Source: Candidatus Latescibacterota bacterium (lineage in GTDB: Bacteria > Latescibacterota > UBA2968 > GCA-2709665). Taken from it: 64,000 nucleotides of DNA. The translations under genes were made by a program, and so were the position numbers. Under the pieces are notes generated by a model. It had not been told where the DNA came from, ran no database searches, and saw nothing but the letters and a program-made list of their open reading frames with translations. Positions within the stretch are counted from its first letter, which is position 1. Each line of letters starts with the position of its first letter. The stretch lies in the NCBI GenBank assembly GCA_965208835.1, contig OZ242358.1:2656001-2720000 (forward strand), in the 5' to 3' direction. Shown here piece after piece: positions 47,043-57,012 of the stretch.

Positions 47043-48500
47043 TTACCCCTTCACGTTTCCGATGGGTGAGAATCGGACGACTCGCCGGCTGAGCCCCGCC
47101 CGCTGGGTCGCCTCGATGACTTCGTCGATATCCTTGTACGCGCCGCCCGCCTCTTCGGCAAGGCCCGCAAAGGACACGGACCGGACGTAGATGCCGCGGG
47201 CCTCCAGTTCCTTCTGAAGCCGCTTGCCGTGAAAACGCTTGCGAGCCTTCGTGCGACTCATCGTCCGTCCGCTGCCGTGAGCCGTGGAGAAGAATGCCTG
47301 GCTGCCGTCGGACGACCCCGCGAGCAGATAGGAACCGGTTTCCATACTGCCCCCGATGATCACCGGCTGTCCGTGAGCTTTGAAACGGTCGGGGACGCCG
47401 TCCATATCCGGCCCGAACGCGCGGGTTGCCCCCTTGCGGTGAACGAGCACCGTGCGACGCCGGCCATCGACCACGTGGCGCTCGAGCTTGGCTGTATTGT
47501 GCGCCACGTCGTACACCTGACGCATCTCCATATCTTCCGGGCTGCGTTTCAATACGTCGGAGAACACCTCGCGAATGCGATGAAGAATGACCTGCCGGTT
47601 AGCGAAGGACATGTTGATCGCGCACTTCATCGCGGCGAAATAGTCCTGGCCTTCCGGAGATTGGAACGGCGCGCACGCGAGTTCGCGATCGCGAATGGAA
47701 ATTCCGTATTTTTTTTGCATCACCTTGAGAAAAATCTGCAGATAGTCGGTTGCCACCTGGTGCCCGAAACCCCGGCTGCCGCAGTGAAACATCACGACGA
47801 CCTGATCGGGAAGCGTAACGCCGAACGCACGGGCCGCCTCCTCGTCGAACACCTGGTCGTGTCTGGCCACCTGGATTTCGAGATAGTGGTTTCCCGATCC
47901 GAGCGTGCCGATCTGGTTGAAGCCCCGCTCCACCGCCTTGCGGCTGATCTTCGTCGCGTCCGCTCCGGGAATACAACCACTTTCTTCGGTCCGCTCGAGA
48001 TCCTCTCGCCATCCGAAGTTATTTTCAACGCACCACCGCGCTCCCTCCTGCACGACCGTCCGAAACTCGTCGTGCGAGATCTTCAGAAATCCCGTACTTC
48101 CAACGCCCGCCGGCACGCGGTCGAACAGGCGATCCACGAGCTTCCTGAGGTGGGGCCTGACCTCGTCGTACGTCAGATTCGTGGTTACCAGACGCATCCC
48201 GCAGTTGACGTCGAAACCGATGCCTCCCGGAGAGATCACGCCCCGCTCGGCATCCATCGCAGCCACCCCGCCAATGGGAAAACCGTATCCCCAGTGACCG
48301 TCAGGCATACAGAAGGCGTAGTTCAGGATGCCCGGCAACGTGGCCACGTTCGTCACCTGGTCGATAACGCCCCGGTCCATATCCGACATCAGTTTTCGCG
48401 TCGCGTAAATTCGCGCCGGGACCAGCATCCCCTTCTTATATGAAGTCGGGATCTCCCACAGGGTCGGCGAAACCCGGGTAGCCTCGGGCGGGATGGGCAC
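47043..48500 (-). CDS. rtcB: RNA 3'-phosphate/5'-OH ligase RtcB (archaeal/eukaryote-like)
   Basis: MPDGHWGYGFPIGGV, GFDVNCG, GTLGSGNHYLE, HCGSRG, HN, HRKGAT, GSM, HGSGR. Confidence 0.96.
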   Translation of the reverse strand: MPIPPEATRVSPTLWEIPTSYKKGMLVPARIYATRKLMSDMDRGVIDQVTNVATLPGILNYAFCMPDGHWGYGFPIGGVAAMDAERGVISPGGIGFDVNCGMRLVTTNLTYDEVRPHLRKLVDRLFDRVPAGVGSTGFLKISHDEFRTVVQEGARWCVENNFGWREDLERTEESGCIPGADATKISRKAVERGFNQIGTLGSGNHYLEIQVARHDQVFDEEAARAFGVTLPDQVVVMFHCGSRGFGHQVATDYLQIFLKVMQKKYGISIRDRELACAPFQSPEGQDYFAAMKCAINMSFANRQVILHRIREVFSDVLKRSPEDMEMRQVYDVAHNTAKLERHVVDGRRRTVLVHRKGATRAFGPDMDGVPDRFKAHGQPVIIGGSMETGSYLLAGSSDGSQAFFSTAHGSGRTMSRTKARKRFHGKRLQKELEARGIYVRSVSFAGLAEEAGGAYKDIDEVIEATQRAGLSRRVVRFSPIGNVKG

Positions 48501-48509
48501 TTCAAACTC

Positions 48510-49460
48510 CTACGAATCGTGTTCGCAATCTGCGTAGTGGTTCTGTAACGGATCCAGACCGAAGTCGTTCTCCAGATCGCGCAGTACGGAGTGAATGTGG
48601 TTCGCGTCGTTCTGTGTATTGTCGTATTCCACGAGATGCGTGGGGCCGTGAATCCGGTAATAATGCTTCTCCCCGGGACGGACCCCGCCGGCCCACGCAA
48701 AGTGCAATCGGTCCACACCGGCAGTGCGGATTCGCGTCAGGTGCGCTTCGCCGAGGTCCGTACGCAGGTTCGCCGCGTACAGTTTCAGAATCCGCATCAC
48801 CGTCTCCTTCTGCGCCGGCGGCATGTCAGATACGGGAAGGCCCGCCGGATCGCCAATCCGGGCCACCTTGCTGTTCCTTGTGAGGATATCGCTTGGCGCC
48901 TCATCCGCGATGCGGACCGCGGCCTGCAGGTCCTCCGGCAGCGCTCTCAGAAGGCCACGCGCCGTGTCCTCTTCATCGCGCAGGACGCGCCAGCCCTTCC
49001 TTTCTCCTGACGGCACCCGCGCCGGGTTCGCACCCCAGAAGGCCGGCGTGGCCGACACCTTCTTTTCCGCGCCGACCGAGACCGTCACAGACAGATGGTG
49101 GCCGTCGATCCGCCAGCCCCAGGGCTCTGTCCCCGATGCGAGATCGCCGAACAGCGTCAGGAAATATCCGTCCGGGTCCCTTTCAAAACGCGATACCGAC
49201 CGGGACTCGATCTGGCCGAGAATGCCCTCCAGGACCATGATATCCACCGCCTTCTGATATCCGGAATCGCTGAGCGCGCTTCTCAGGAGACGATGCGCCG
49301 CTTCCCGCTGCTCCGGCGACATCCCCCTGAAAGGCACGCCGTTTCGCTTTACGGGTACGTAGTTCCAGTTGAAACGCTCCTCGTGGTCGAACGCGTACAG
49401 AACCCGGTTTCGCTGGTCCGTACTCAGTTCGTTCACGAAATCCTGTGCTGCTCGAAGCAT
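48510..49460 (-). CDS. DUF3500 family protein
   Basis: WGWRIDGHHLS, TPAFWGANP, YYRIHGP..VEYDN..NHIHSV.RD..NDFG. Confidence 0.85.
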   Translation of the reverse strand: MLRAAQDFVNELSTDQRNRVLYAFDHEERFNWNYVPVKRNGVPFRGMSPEQREAAHRLLRSALSDSGYQKAVDIMVLEGILGQIESRSVSRFERDPDGYFLTLFGDLASGTEPWGWRIDGHHLSVTVSVGAEKKVSATPAFWGANPARVPSGERKGWRVLRDEEDTARGLLRALPEDLQAAVRIADEAPSDILTRNSKVARIGDPAGLPVSDMPPAQKETVMRILKLYAANLRTDLGEAHLTRIRTAGVDRLHFAWAGGVRPGEKHYYRIHGPTHLVEYDNTQNDANHIHSVLRDLENDFGLDPLQNHYADCEHDS

Positions 49461-49488
49461 GGCATGCCTCCCCGTCAGGGTGGTGTAG

Positions 49489-49587
49489 CAGTCCGTTGAT
49501 AAAGTCGCTCTGCAGGCGAGGGCGCGCAACGCAGTATTTCGACCGCAAGGGCCGGCCGTAGCCCGGATGGACTTTTCCAACGGGCTG
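49489..49587. mobile_element. 99-bp MITE, family A, copy 2
   Basis: Terminal IR CAGTCCGTTG...CAACGGGCTG flanked by a perfect GTAG/GTAG duplication. Confidence 0.82.
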
Positions 49588-49620
49588 GTAGGGTATGTGT
49601 GCTCTCCGCGGCTGGACAGG

Positions 49621-51687
49621 CTAATTGATCGAATCGGCCGCAGCCGCGCGGAATTCCGCGACCGTCCGCTGACTGTTTGTGGATTCACCCGATTTGAGCG
49701 CCACCAGGATCGGGGCCGGATGCGCCAGTGAAGCGGAGGAAGTATCCGCGGGGACGCCGGTGATTGCATCGACGGGTACCTCGTAGACGTCGTCGGGCTT
49801 CCAGAAGTCCCGTGAAGCGCGCCCTGCCGTCGCCCGTGCCATAAACGCTGTCCAGATCGGCACGGCGTCGCGACCGCCAGTAATCCGGGTCTTCCTGCGG
49901 GTCTTCCGGTCGAATCCAAGCCAGACACACGTGGCGAGTTCGGGAGTGAAGCCGGTAAACCAGGCATCCGTATGGTCGTTTGTCGTGCCCGTCTTGCCCG
50001 CAGCGGGCCGGGCGAATCCCCCGGATCGAACCCCGCGTCCGGTACCTCGCTCGATAACGTTCTGAAGCAATCGGATCATGACGTAAGCATCCGCTGCCTT
50101 TATTGCGGGAACCGGTTGCACCCGGTGTTCGTATACCAAGCGCCCCCCGGAATCTTCGATCCGCCTCACAAAAGTCGGGTCGACGCGGACTCCGTAGTTG
50201 GCGATGGTCGCATAGACCGAGGCCATCTCCAGCGGCGAAACCTCGTTCGCGCCCAGCGCGATGCTCGGATACGCGTCCAATGCACTCCGTACTCCCAGTC
50301 GCCGGCCCATCTCCACAACCCGTTCGGGGCCGATGAGATCCATGACCTGCACGCTCGCCGAATTCGCGGAATTCACCAGAGCCCAGGCGGCAGTGGTCAC
50401 ACCCAGATACCTGTCTCTGAAATTCCTTGGCATCCATGGATTTCCGTTTACCGTGTAGGTCCTCGGCTCATCCACAAACAATGACACGGACGAAATCTCG
50501 CCCGACGCCAGCGCCGCCAGATACACGACCGGCTTGAAACCCGATCCCGGCTGTCGTCGGGCAGCCGTTGCCCTATTGAAGTAGCTGATGAAAATGTCAC
50601 GGCCGCCCACCAATGCCCGCACGTAGCCGGTCGCCGGCTCAAGGCTGACCAGGGCCGCCTGCATGTAATCACGCCTGCTCTCTTTGCCCGCACCCTCGTA
50701 CGCGCCAAATCCAAGCCGGACGTCCACATCTGCAAGTCCTTCCGCAACAGATTTTTCTGCGGCCTTCTGCATGTAAAAATCCAATGTAGTACGGATATTC
50801 AACGCACCGAAACTGAGCGCGGACCGTCCCCATCGCCGCACCACTTCATCCTTGATGATTTCAACGAAGTACGGCGTCCGATTCCTTTCGGGATGTTGCG
50901 ACGCCAGAACCGGTGACACAGCGAGAGCATCCTTCAACGCGCCCGTTTCCAGGAAGCCCGCCGCATGCATGCGCCTCAGAACGTGCGCAGTACGCGCCGC
51001 GGCCTGCCGGCCGCCGTCGCGAAACGGATTCAACGCGCCGGGTGAATTGGGCAGCCCGGCAAGCATGGCCGCCTCCGTGAGGGTCAGGTCTGCGGCGGCC
51101 TTACCGAAAAACGTCTGCGACGCATCCTCAACGCCGTAGGCGTTGGTGCCGAAAAAACTCCCGTTGATGTAAATCTCCAGCAATCTGTCCTTGGCCGACT
51201 CACCATACAACCTGGAGAACATCGCCTCCAGCTGCACGGCCAGCAGCGCCTCGCGCGCCTTCCGCAGATAGGTCTTCTCCCGTGACAAAAACACGTTCTT
51301 GACGATCTGCTGGGTAATCGTACTTCCGCCTCTGACTTTCCGGAGATGCCTCAGGTTTGCCAGGAACGCCCCTGCGATGCCTTTCAGGCTTACGCCCCGG
51401 TGGCGATAAAACGATTCGTCTTCGGTCGCAATAACGGCCTTGATAAACCAGGGGCTCACCTGGTCCAGCCTTACCTGGCTGACCCGACGGTTAAAGGTAA
51501 ACAGCAACTCCCCGGTATCCGCGAAGATGTTCACGCCCGCCTGGCTGCTCAATGCGTCGGGGTCGGGCGGAATTCGGGGCAGTGTTGTCATCAGCCAGAC
51601 GACGCCGAGGCCCGCAACCAGCAGCGCGTCGACAGCCAGGAATATCCCTGTCCGGGTCCAGTAGTTTCGAAGCCGGTTCCGGCACAT
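49621..51687 (-). CDS. Class A penicillin-binding protein (PBP1A family)
   Basis: Transglycosylase motifs EDESFY.H.G and GGSTITQQ; transpeptidase motifs SGFK, SAN, KTG. Confidence 0.93.
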   Translation of the reverse strand: MCRNRLRNYWTRTGIFLAVDALLVAGLGVVWLMTTLPRIPPDPDALSSQAGVNIFADTGELLFTFNRRVSQVRLDQVSPWFIKAVIATEDESFYRHRGVSLKGIAGAFLANLRHLRKVRGGSTITQQIVKNVFLSREKTYLRKAREALLAVQLEAMFSRLYGESAKDRLLEIYINGSFFGTNAYGVEDASQTFFGKAAADLTLTEAAMLAGLPNSPGALNPFRDGGRQAAARTAHVLRRMHAAGFLETGALKDALAVSPVLASQHPERNRTPYFVEIIKDEVVRRWGRSALSFGALNIRTTLDFYMQKAAEKSVAEGLADVDVRLGFGAYEGAGKESRRDYMQAALVSLEPATGYVRALVGGRDIFISYFNRATAARRQPGSGFKPVVYLAALASGEISSVSLFVDEPRTYTVNGNPWMPRNFRDRYLGVTTAAWALVNSANSASVQVMDLIGPERVVEMGRRLGVRSALDAYPSIALGANEVSPLEMASVYATIANYGVRVDPTFVRRIEDSGGRLVYEHRVQPVPAIKAADAYVMIRLLQNVIERGTGRGVRSGGFARPAAGKTGTTNDHTDAWFTGFTPELATCVWLGFDRKTRRKTRITGGRDAVPIWTAFMARATAGRASRDFWKPDDVYEVPVDAITGVPADTSSASLAHPAPILVALKSGESTNSQRTVAEFRAAAADSIN

Positions 51688-52529
51688 CAGGGCCGCCCTC
51701 CGGCGCCGCCGAAGCGTTCATCCATTCCCGCGGATTCCACCTCGAATCTGACGGGGGCACGTTCCGGATCGACGTAAACCAATTCGCCGTGGTAGGTGCC
51801 GAGCCCACTCTGAATCAGTATCTGGCTCACACGACCCGATCGGAATTCTTCCATCAAACGGTTCCGCTCATCGGAACGGAATTGTTCGACAAAAGCCCTT
51901 TCCAGCCGCTCGCGAACGTCCGCCCGAATCGAATCCGCCACGAACATGGAGTCCGCTTCGTCGCGCTGAGCCGTCTCGCCCGCGTGCCGGTACAGTTCAT
52001 CGACCCGGCTCCGTATCCGGGCACGGTAACGCACGTCAGGCAAGATTGCCAACCGCAGAAGGGTCAAACCCAGATTGAACGCGTTGACGCTCTGTAGCAA
52101 CTCACGGGTTTCCGGCCCCCCGTTCCCCGTGCGTTCCGTGCGCCACACCGCGATGAAGGTAGGCAATCCCGACTCCGGCACGCGGTCCACGTCGAAGCGG
52201 GCGTCCGTCACGGCATCCGGCAAACCGGCGGCCGCGGGCGTTACAACGGTTTGCAACGAATCCCGGACCTGGGCCCGCGCGTCCAGCCGCTTCCACAGTG
52301 CGCCCGACGTGGCGCGCCTCGCGTTGTTCCGGTCCAGCGCTTCTCCCATCCATATTGCAATGGCGTTGGTCCGAAATTCCAGGAACGCGAAGATCGCACC
52401 GGCCACGGACAGCAACACCGCGCCGGCGGCGGGAAACAGCAGTTTCCTGAATCTCAGCCGTGAGAATTCACGATCGGCTGCCCGCCTGAACCGACAGATA
52501 CCCCGATGGACTCGATGCGGGAGATTCAT
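51687..52529 (-). CDS. Hypothetical membrane-anchored protein
   Basis: 280-aa ORF with one N-terminal TM, coupled to the PBP gene by a one-base stop/start overlap. Confidence 0.6.
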   Translation of the reverse strand: MNLPHRVHRGICRFRRAADREFSRLRFRKLLFPAAGAVLLSVAGAIFAFLEFRTNAIAIWMGEALDRNNARRATSGALWKRLDARAQVRDSLQTVVTPAAAGLPDAVTDARFDVDRVPESGLPTFIAVWRTERTGNGGPETRELLQSVNAFNLGLTLLRLAILPDVRYRARIRSRVDELYRHAGETAQRDEADSMFVADSIRADVRERLERAFVEQFRSDERNRLMEEFRSGRVSQILIQSGLGTYHGELVYVDPERAPVRFEVESAGMDERFGGAGGRP

Positions 52530-52546
52530 GGCGATCCGATGCCGTC

Positions 52547-52585
52547 AAAAAAAACCCGAAACAGCGCGCCTGCTGCTGTAACGGG
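52547..52585 (-). terminator. Intrinsic terminator downstream of the aldolase gene
   Basis: Minus strand CCCGTTACAGC...GCTGTTTCGGG-TTTTTTT. Confidence 0.6.
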
Positions 52586-52611
52586 ATCGGTGGGCGGATA
52601 CCAGAAGAAAA

Positions 52612-53634
52612 TCAGGCGGCAATGCCCTCCATCTCAGGAACATATCTGCCGTCGCGTGCGGCGCTGTTAAGGCTTGCCCTGTGATGGAAAACTTTCTGTG
52701 CCGCCCCCACGTTGGCGGCCTTGCCGTTCCAGGCGGCGCGCGCAGGGTCCTGTAACGCCCTGCCGTACGAATAGCTGAGTTCCCAGGGAAATCCGCCAAT
52801 CCGATTCATGGCGTTCAGGTGCAACGTGGAAAGTTCGGGGCTCTGTCCCCCGGAAAGAAACACCACACCTGGAATAGAGGCGGGCACCGTTCGCCGAAGG
52901 CACCGCACGGTTGCTTGAGCCACTTCCTTAATACCTGCCTGTGTCGGGCAATCGACGCCGGACAGGACCATACTGGCTTTCAGCAACGTGCCTTCCAGAT
53001 TCACCCGGTGTTCTCCCAATTCTGAAAAAACGCTGCGTAATACCCACTCTGTTACTTCCTCGCACCGTTCGATGGTGTGCCCGCCATCCATCAACACCTC
53101 CGGTTCCACGATTGGCACCACTCCCACTTCCTGACACTCTGCGGCATAACGCGCAAGAGCGTGGGCATTGGCATGGATGCACCCCCGGGTCGGGATTCCG
53201 TTGCCGATTGCAATGGCGGCACGCCATTTCGCAAACCTGGCGCCGCCCTCGCGATACGCTTCCAGACGGGCGCGGAGTCCGTCCAGACCCTCGGTTATCT
53301 GTTCGCCAGGAAAGCCGGCCAGGGGAACCAGCCCCGCATCCGCCTTGATTCCTGGAATCATACCGCGATCCGCCAACAACCGCGGAAAGGGTACGCCGCC
53401 GTTCGTCGCCGTGTTCAGCGTCTCTTCGTACAAAATGACGCCGCTGATGAAGTCCGACAGATCCGGGGTCGTGAACAGCATTTCGCGATAATCCCTTCGG
53501 GATTCGGCGGTGGGTTCCAGGCCGATGTCCGCGAAACGCTTCGTGATCGTTCCCATACTCTCGTCCGCCGCCAGGATACCTCCGCCCGACGGAACGAGTG
53601 CGCGAGCCGTGGCTTCCAGTTCCCCTTTTGACAT
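52612..53634 (-). CDS. Fructose-bisphosphate aldolase class I (animal/plant type)
   Basis: GILAADES, FAKWR, VPIVEPEV, LLKAS, FLSGGQS, SYGRALQ. Confidence 0.94.
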   Translation of the reverse strand: MSKGELEATARALVPSGGGILAADESMGTITKRFADIGLEPTAESRRDYREMLFTTPDLSDFISGVILYEETLNTATNGGVPFPRLLADRGMIPGIKADAGLVPLAGFPGEQITEGLDGLRARLEAYREGGARFAKWRAAIAIGNGIPTRGCIHANAHALARYAAECQEVGVVPIVEPEVLMDGGHTIERCEEVTEWVLRSVFSELGEHRVNLEGTLLKASMVLSGVDCPTQAGIKEVAQATVRCLRRTVPASIPGVVFLSGGQSPELSTLHLNAMNRIGGFPWELSYSYGRALQDPARAAWNGKAANVGAAQKVFHHRASLNSAARDGRYVPEMEGIAA

Positions 53635-53728
53635 CGATTACGACCTCGTTTCCGGGTGTTAGACCGCAGGCTGTTCTTCTCACCGTAGAATATACGCTAT
53701 AATCCACCGTTGTCCAGCAGATTCCGGT

Positions 53729-55090
53729 CTATCTGCGAGGCTTGCCGTGAAGATCCGCGGCGCGAACCCAGACCCGAACTTCCGCCAGCGAAGGCTTTCG
53801 CACCTCGGATTTCAGTTCTTTGATTCGCTCGTACAGTGCTTCGGCGTTCGCGCTCGCCAGGCCCGCAACCCCGTCAATACCTGTGTTTCGAAGCAGTGTC
53901 GCCGCCTGGCAGCCCATCCCTTTGTGGATGGCGAGTTCCACGTGGAGGATCGCGTTTTTCAGGCGAAGTGAATCGACGCCCGAAGCGCCCGCGAGATACC
54001 GGATTTCTTGCGATTCGGCTGCGCGATAGAGCCGTTCGGGCGTGAAAATGCCGGCGGCGCGAAGCCGCTCACGGTCCTGAGCATCCAAACCGGCCACTTC
54101 GGACATCAGCGGGCGCCTGGACTTCAGAGTCTTCTCCTGTACCATACGAAACGTCGAAACGCTGAACAAGACCGCCAACACGGCCGCCACCCAGCAGCGA
54201 AATCGGACAGGCCGGCCGAAACCACCGCCGCTTTCCCAATTCCGTCCGCCACGCAACGCGTGGCACAACAAGGCATAGCAGGCGAACCCGTTGACCGCGA
54301 GAACGGGAAACCCCAGAAACCCGGGCAGGGGCATTTCGAACAGCTTCCATCCCTCCAGTCCGGGCACGGTGTAGATCCACTTGCACCTCGACCAGTAATT
54401 GAACCCCTCCCAGACCACCCCGGCCCAGGCGCCCCCGCACAGAAGGCGCAGTAGCCTCGCTGGACGCCCGTTCTCCAGATCACGCAACAGCGATGGAGCG
54501 CCCAGCCTGTAATTGACCGCCTCCGGAATACCCAGCGTTGCCCCCCAGACCAACCAGAAGGCATACCGCGGCCAGATCAGTGGCAGAATCGCACAGGCGG
54601 CGCCGACAACCCACATTGTCGCCTCCGTCTTCCACGTTACGCGGAGACCCCGGCATTGGATTGTGCGGAATCGGCGCATCGATTTCAGCCATTCCACATG
54701 CAAGAAACAGGCGGGCAATACGGTTGCAAAGGCCGCCGCAGAGAATGCGAATCCCCAGGTGTCCGACCGCAATCCGAAGACGTAGTACCAGTTTTCAATG
54801 ACCAGGTTATAGGCCTCGTACAAGAACCAGAAAGGCACTGACCAGAAAAGAAAAGCGACCGTCTCTCTGCGACGGTCGCTTAAAAACGATCGGCCCTGGC
54901 TGCGAAGGATCAACCCGTCAAGAACCAGGAGGTATCCATACCACGCCGGCAGGTACCAGACCGCGTTCCAGACGGGGACGTCGGCTGCCAGCAACCAGAC
55001 GCCCACACCGAAGACGCAGATGCCGGAGTATCCCCACCAGGGAAACGCCCTCTCGGATGCGGTCTTCGATTCGGATCGGGTGCAAGCCAC
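53729..55090 (-). CDS. Polytopic membrane protein with C-terminal DUF4332-like helix-hairpin-helix domain
   Basis: W/Y-rich TMs (YEAYNLVIENWYY, WEGFNYW...LFEMPLPGFLGF) and a C-terminal HKGMG..LLRNTGI..PS...WV; start uncertain. Confidence 0.7.
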   Translation of the reverse strand: MACTRSESKTASERAFPWWGYSGICVFGVGVWLLAADVPVWNAVWYLPAWYGYLLVLDGLILRSQGRSFLSDRRRETVAFLFWSVPFWFLYEAYNLVIENWYYVFGLRSDTWGFAFSAAAFATVLPACFLHVEWLKSMRRFRTIQCRGLRVTWKTEATMWVVGAACAILPLIWPRYAFWLVWGATLGIPEAVNYRLGAPSLLRDLENGRPARLLRLLCGGAWAGVVWEGFNYWSRCKWIYTVPGLEGWKLFEMPLPGFLGFPVLAVNGFACYALLCHALRGGRNWESGGGFGRPVRFRCWVAAVLAVLFSVSTFRMVQEKTLKSRRPLMSEVAGLDAQDRERLRAAGIFTPERLYRAAESQEIRYLAGASGVDSLRLKNAILHVELAIHKGMGCQAATLLRNTGIDGVAGLASANAEALYERIKELKSEVRKPSLAEVRVWVRAADLHGKPRR

Positions 55091-55112
55091 GCGAGAACGC
55101 TCCAGGGGTCCG

Positions 55113-56057
55113 TCAGGCCGTCTCGGCCCCATCGGCCGAATCGGGTGATTCAAGGGTCCAGACGTCGTTATAGACGACACTACCCGCAATGGACCCGCTG
55201 TACCCCCCGAGCAGCCAGATTTTGCGTTGAAAATCCAGGCAGGGAAACGCGTGGCGCACCCCCCAGGGCGCGCAGCGGACGGATTGCCGCCATGTCCGAC
55301 CGTCTTCGGAACACCAGACGTCGTTCACATTGATGGACGGCTCGATGGCGCCACCGGCAATCCACATCCTGCCGGCGTGGACAAAGGAACTGTGGAACCG
55401 GCGGGGGCCCCATCCGGCATCGACGGCCTCCCGATCCCACGTCAGGCCGTCCGGCGAGCACCAGACGTCGTTGTAATTGACCCCACGATCGTGGTAGTTT
55501 CCCCCGCCCAGAATCCAGATCCTGTTTCTGTATTCGATGGCGGGAAACATGGCCCTCGGCGCCCAAGGCGAGCGCTGCTCAACCAGATCCCACCGGTTTC
55601 CGTCGTCTGAGCACCAGACGTCGCCGAAATGCGCCCTTTGCTCCCAGTTGAGCCCGCCGAGAACCCAGATTCGCTTATTGTAAACCAGACTGCCGAAGGC
55701 GCCTCGACAACCCCATGGGGCGCATTTCGTCACGCAATCCCAATGCCGGCCGTCGCGTGAACACCAGACGTCGCCGAACGTATGGACACCGTCGAATCCG
55801 CCCATCAACCAGATCCGATCGTCCAGGACAACGCAGCCACCAAGGTTCCGTGCCGGCCACGGCGCTGCCCGCAACACGCATTCCCACGTCGTGCCGTCGG
55901 CAGAATGCCATACGTCGTTGAGACGCGGGAAGTTGCCCGGGCCCAGCATCTGCCAGCCCCCCAGCAACCAGATCCGATCCCGGAAAACCGCGGCGCCGGG
56001 CGAATCTCTGGGTGGCCAGGGCGCGGATTTGGTGATGCGGCTCCAATTCGCGGTCAT
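55113..56057 (-). CDS. Kelch-like six-bladed beta-propeller protein
   Basis: Six repeats of APW..R...RIWLLGG...DVWCS.DG..W. Confidence 0.8.
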   Translation of the reverse strand: MTANWSRITKSAPWPPRDSPGAAVFRDRIWLLGGWQMLGPGNFPRLNDVWHSADGTTWECVLRAAPWPARNLGGCVVLDDRIWLMGGFDGVHTFGDVWCSRDGRHWDCVTKCAPWGCRGAFGSLVYNKRIWVLGGLNWEQRAHFGDVWCSDDGNRWDLVEQRSPWAPRAMFPAIEYRNRIWILGGGNYHDRGVNYNDVWCSPDGLTWDREAVDAGWGPRRFHSSFVHAGRMWIAGGAIEPSINVNDVWCSEDGRTWRQSVRCAPWGVRHAFPCLDFQRKIWLLGGYSGSIAGSVVYNDVWTLESPDSADGAETA

Positions 56058-56189
56058 CCTGCAAGTACACGGCAGGTGAAACCCGCCGGCCTCCCCATCC
56101 TGGCTTTTTCGTTTTCCAACACGTCGCTTTTCCGATATATTGACAACGGTTGCCGCTGAAGTCCTGAACCGGAAAAACCCACCGATCTT

Positions 56190-57008
56190 ATGTACGGCAC
56201 GCTCGTTTACTTCGTCTTCAGCCAACTCGCCGTCGGCGGGTTGTTGTCAATGCTGGTCGTTCCGCTCGAAGCAGGCAAACGCTTCTTCCGGTTCTGCACA
56301 CTCGCGTGTCTGGTGTTTCTCGCGCTGGCATTGTGGGCGGGGCCGTTCCCTCTTCTATCACCTGCGGTGGGCGGCTCGTCGGTTACCCTGTTGCCGCGCA
56401 GGCTTCTTGCGGCCAGTGCCGTGCTCGCGTTCGGCTACCTTCTCGCGGTGGTCGCCGAACGTACGGGACCCCAGAAAGCGCTGCTTGCCGTCGCAGGTCT
56501 GACCGGCGCCGCCGGCATTGTCTCCGACGGGCTTCTCGCTTGCGCCGCGTGTTCCCCGAACGCTGCAGGCGTATTGACCGCCGCCAGTTTCCTGCTCTCC
56601 GCCCTGTTCCTGGGCAGCGTCATTTTCGCAATGATCCTTGGCCACTGGTACCTGGTGGTTCCCGCGCTCCACATCCGGCCTCTGCGGACACTTACGCGGA
56701 CGATGCTCGTCGCCATCCTGGCCAAGACGATATTGACCGCACTCACGACTTACGTATTCTGGTTGGACGGGGATATTCAGGTGCGGGAAACGCTCCGTTC
56801 TTTCTGGGGGCCGGGCGGTCTTTTTCTCTGGGTACGCGTGCTCTTCGGGCTGATCGGGCCGCTAATCGTGGGATTCATGGTCTGGCAGACCGTCAAGCTG
56901 CATTCAACCCAGTCGGCGACGGGATTGCTTTACGTGGCCACGATATTCGTTCTGATCGGCGAATGTGTTTCCGCCTACATCTTCTTTACAACCACCATAC
57001 CGGTTTAA
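56190..57008 (+). CDS. Multi-pass membrane protein (DmsC anchor-like)
   Basis: About 8 TMs; FSQLAVGG, AMILGHWYL, TQSATGLLY...GE. Confidence 0.6.
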   Translation: MYGTLVYFVFSQLAVGGLLSMLVVPLEAGKRFFRFCTLACLVFLALALWAGPFPLLSPAVGGSSVTLLPRRLLAASAVLAFGYLLAVVAERTGPQKALLAVAGLTGAAGIVSDGLLACAACSPNAAGVLTAASFLLSALFLGSVIFAMILGHWYLVVPALHIRPLRTLTRTMLVAILAKTILTALTTYVFWLDGDIQVRETLRSFWGPGGLFLWVRVLFGLIGPLIVGFMVWQTVKLHSTQSATGLLYVATIFVLIGECVSAYIFFTTTIPV

Positions 57009-57012
57009 GCAC

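Noticed and set aside
49461-49967. N-terminal extension of the DUF3500 ORF to 49967
   Set aside because: It runs through the MITE and overlaps the PBP gene; ATG 49460 has a GGAGG RBS.
55300-55780. Regularly spaced CACCAGACGTCG repeats resembling a CRISPR array
   Set aside because: The repeats are 12 bp at ~150-bp spacing and encode the DVWC motif of propeller blades; no cas genes are present.
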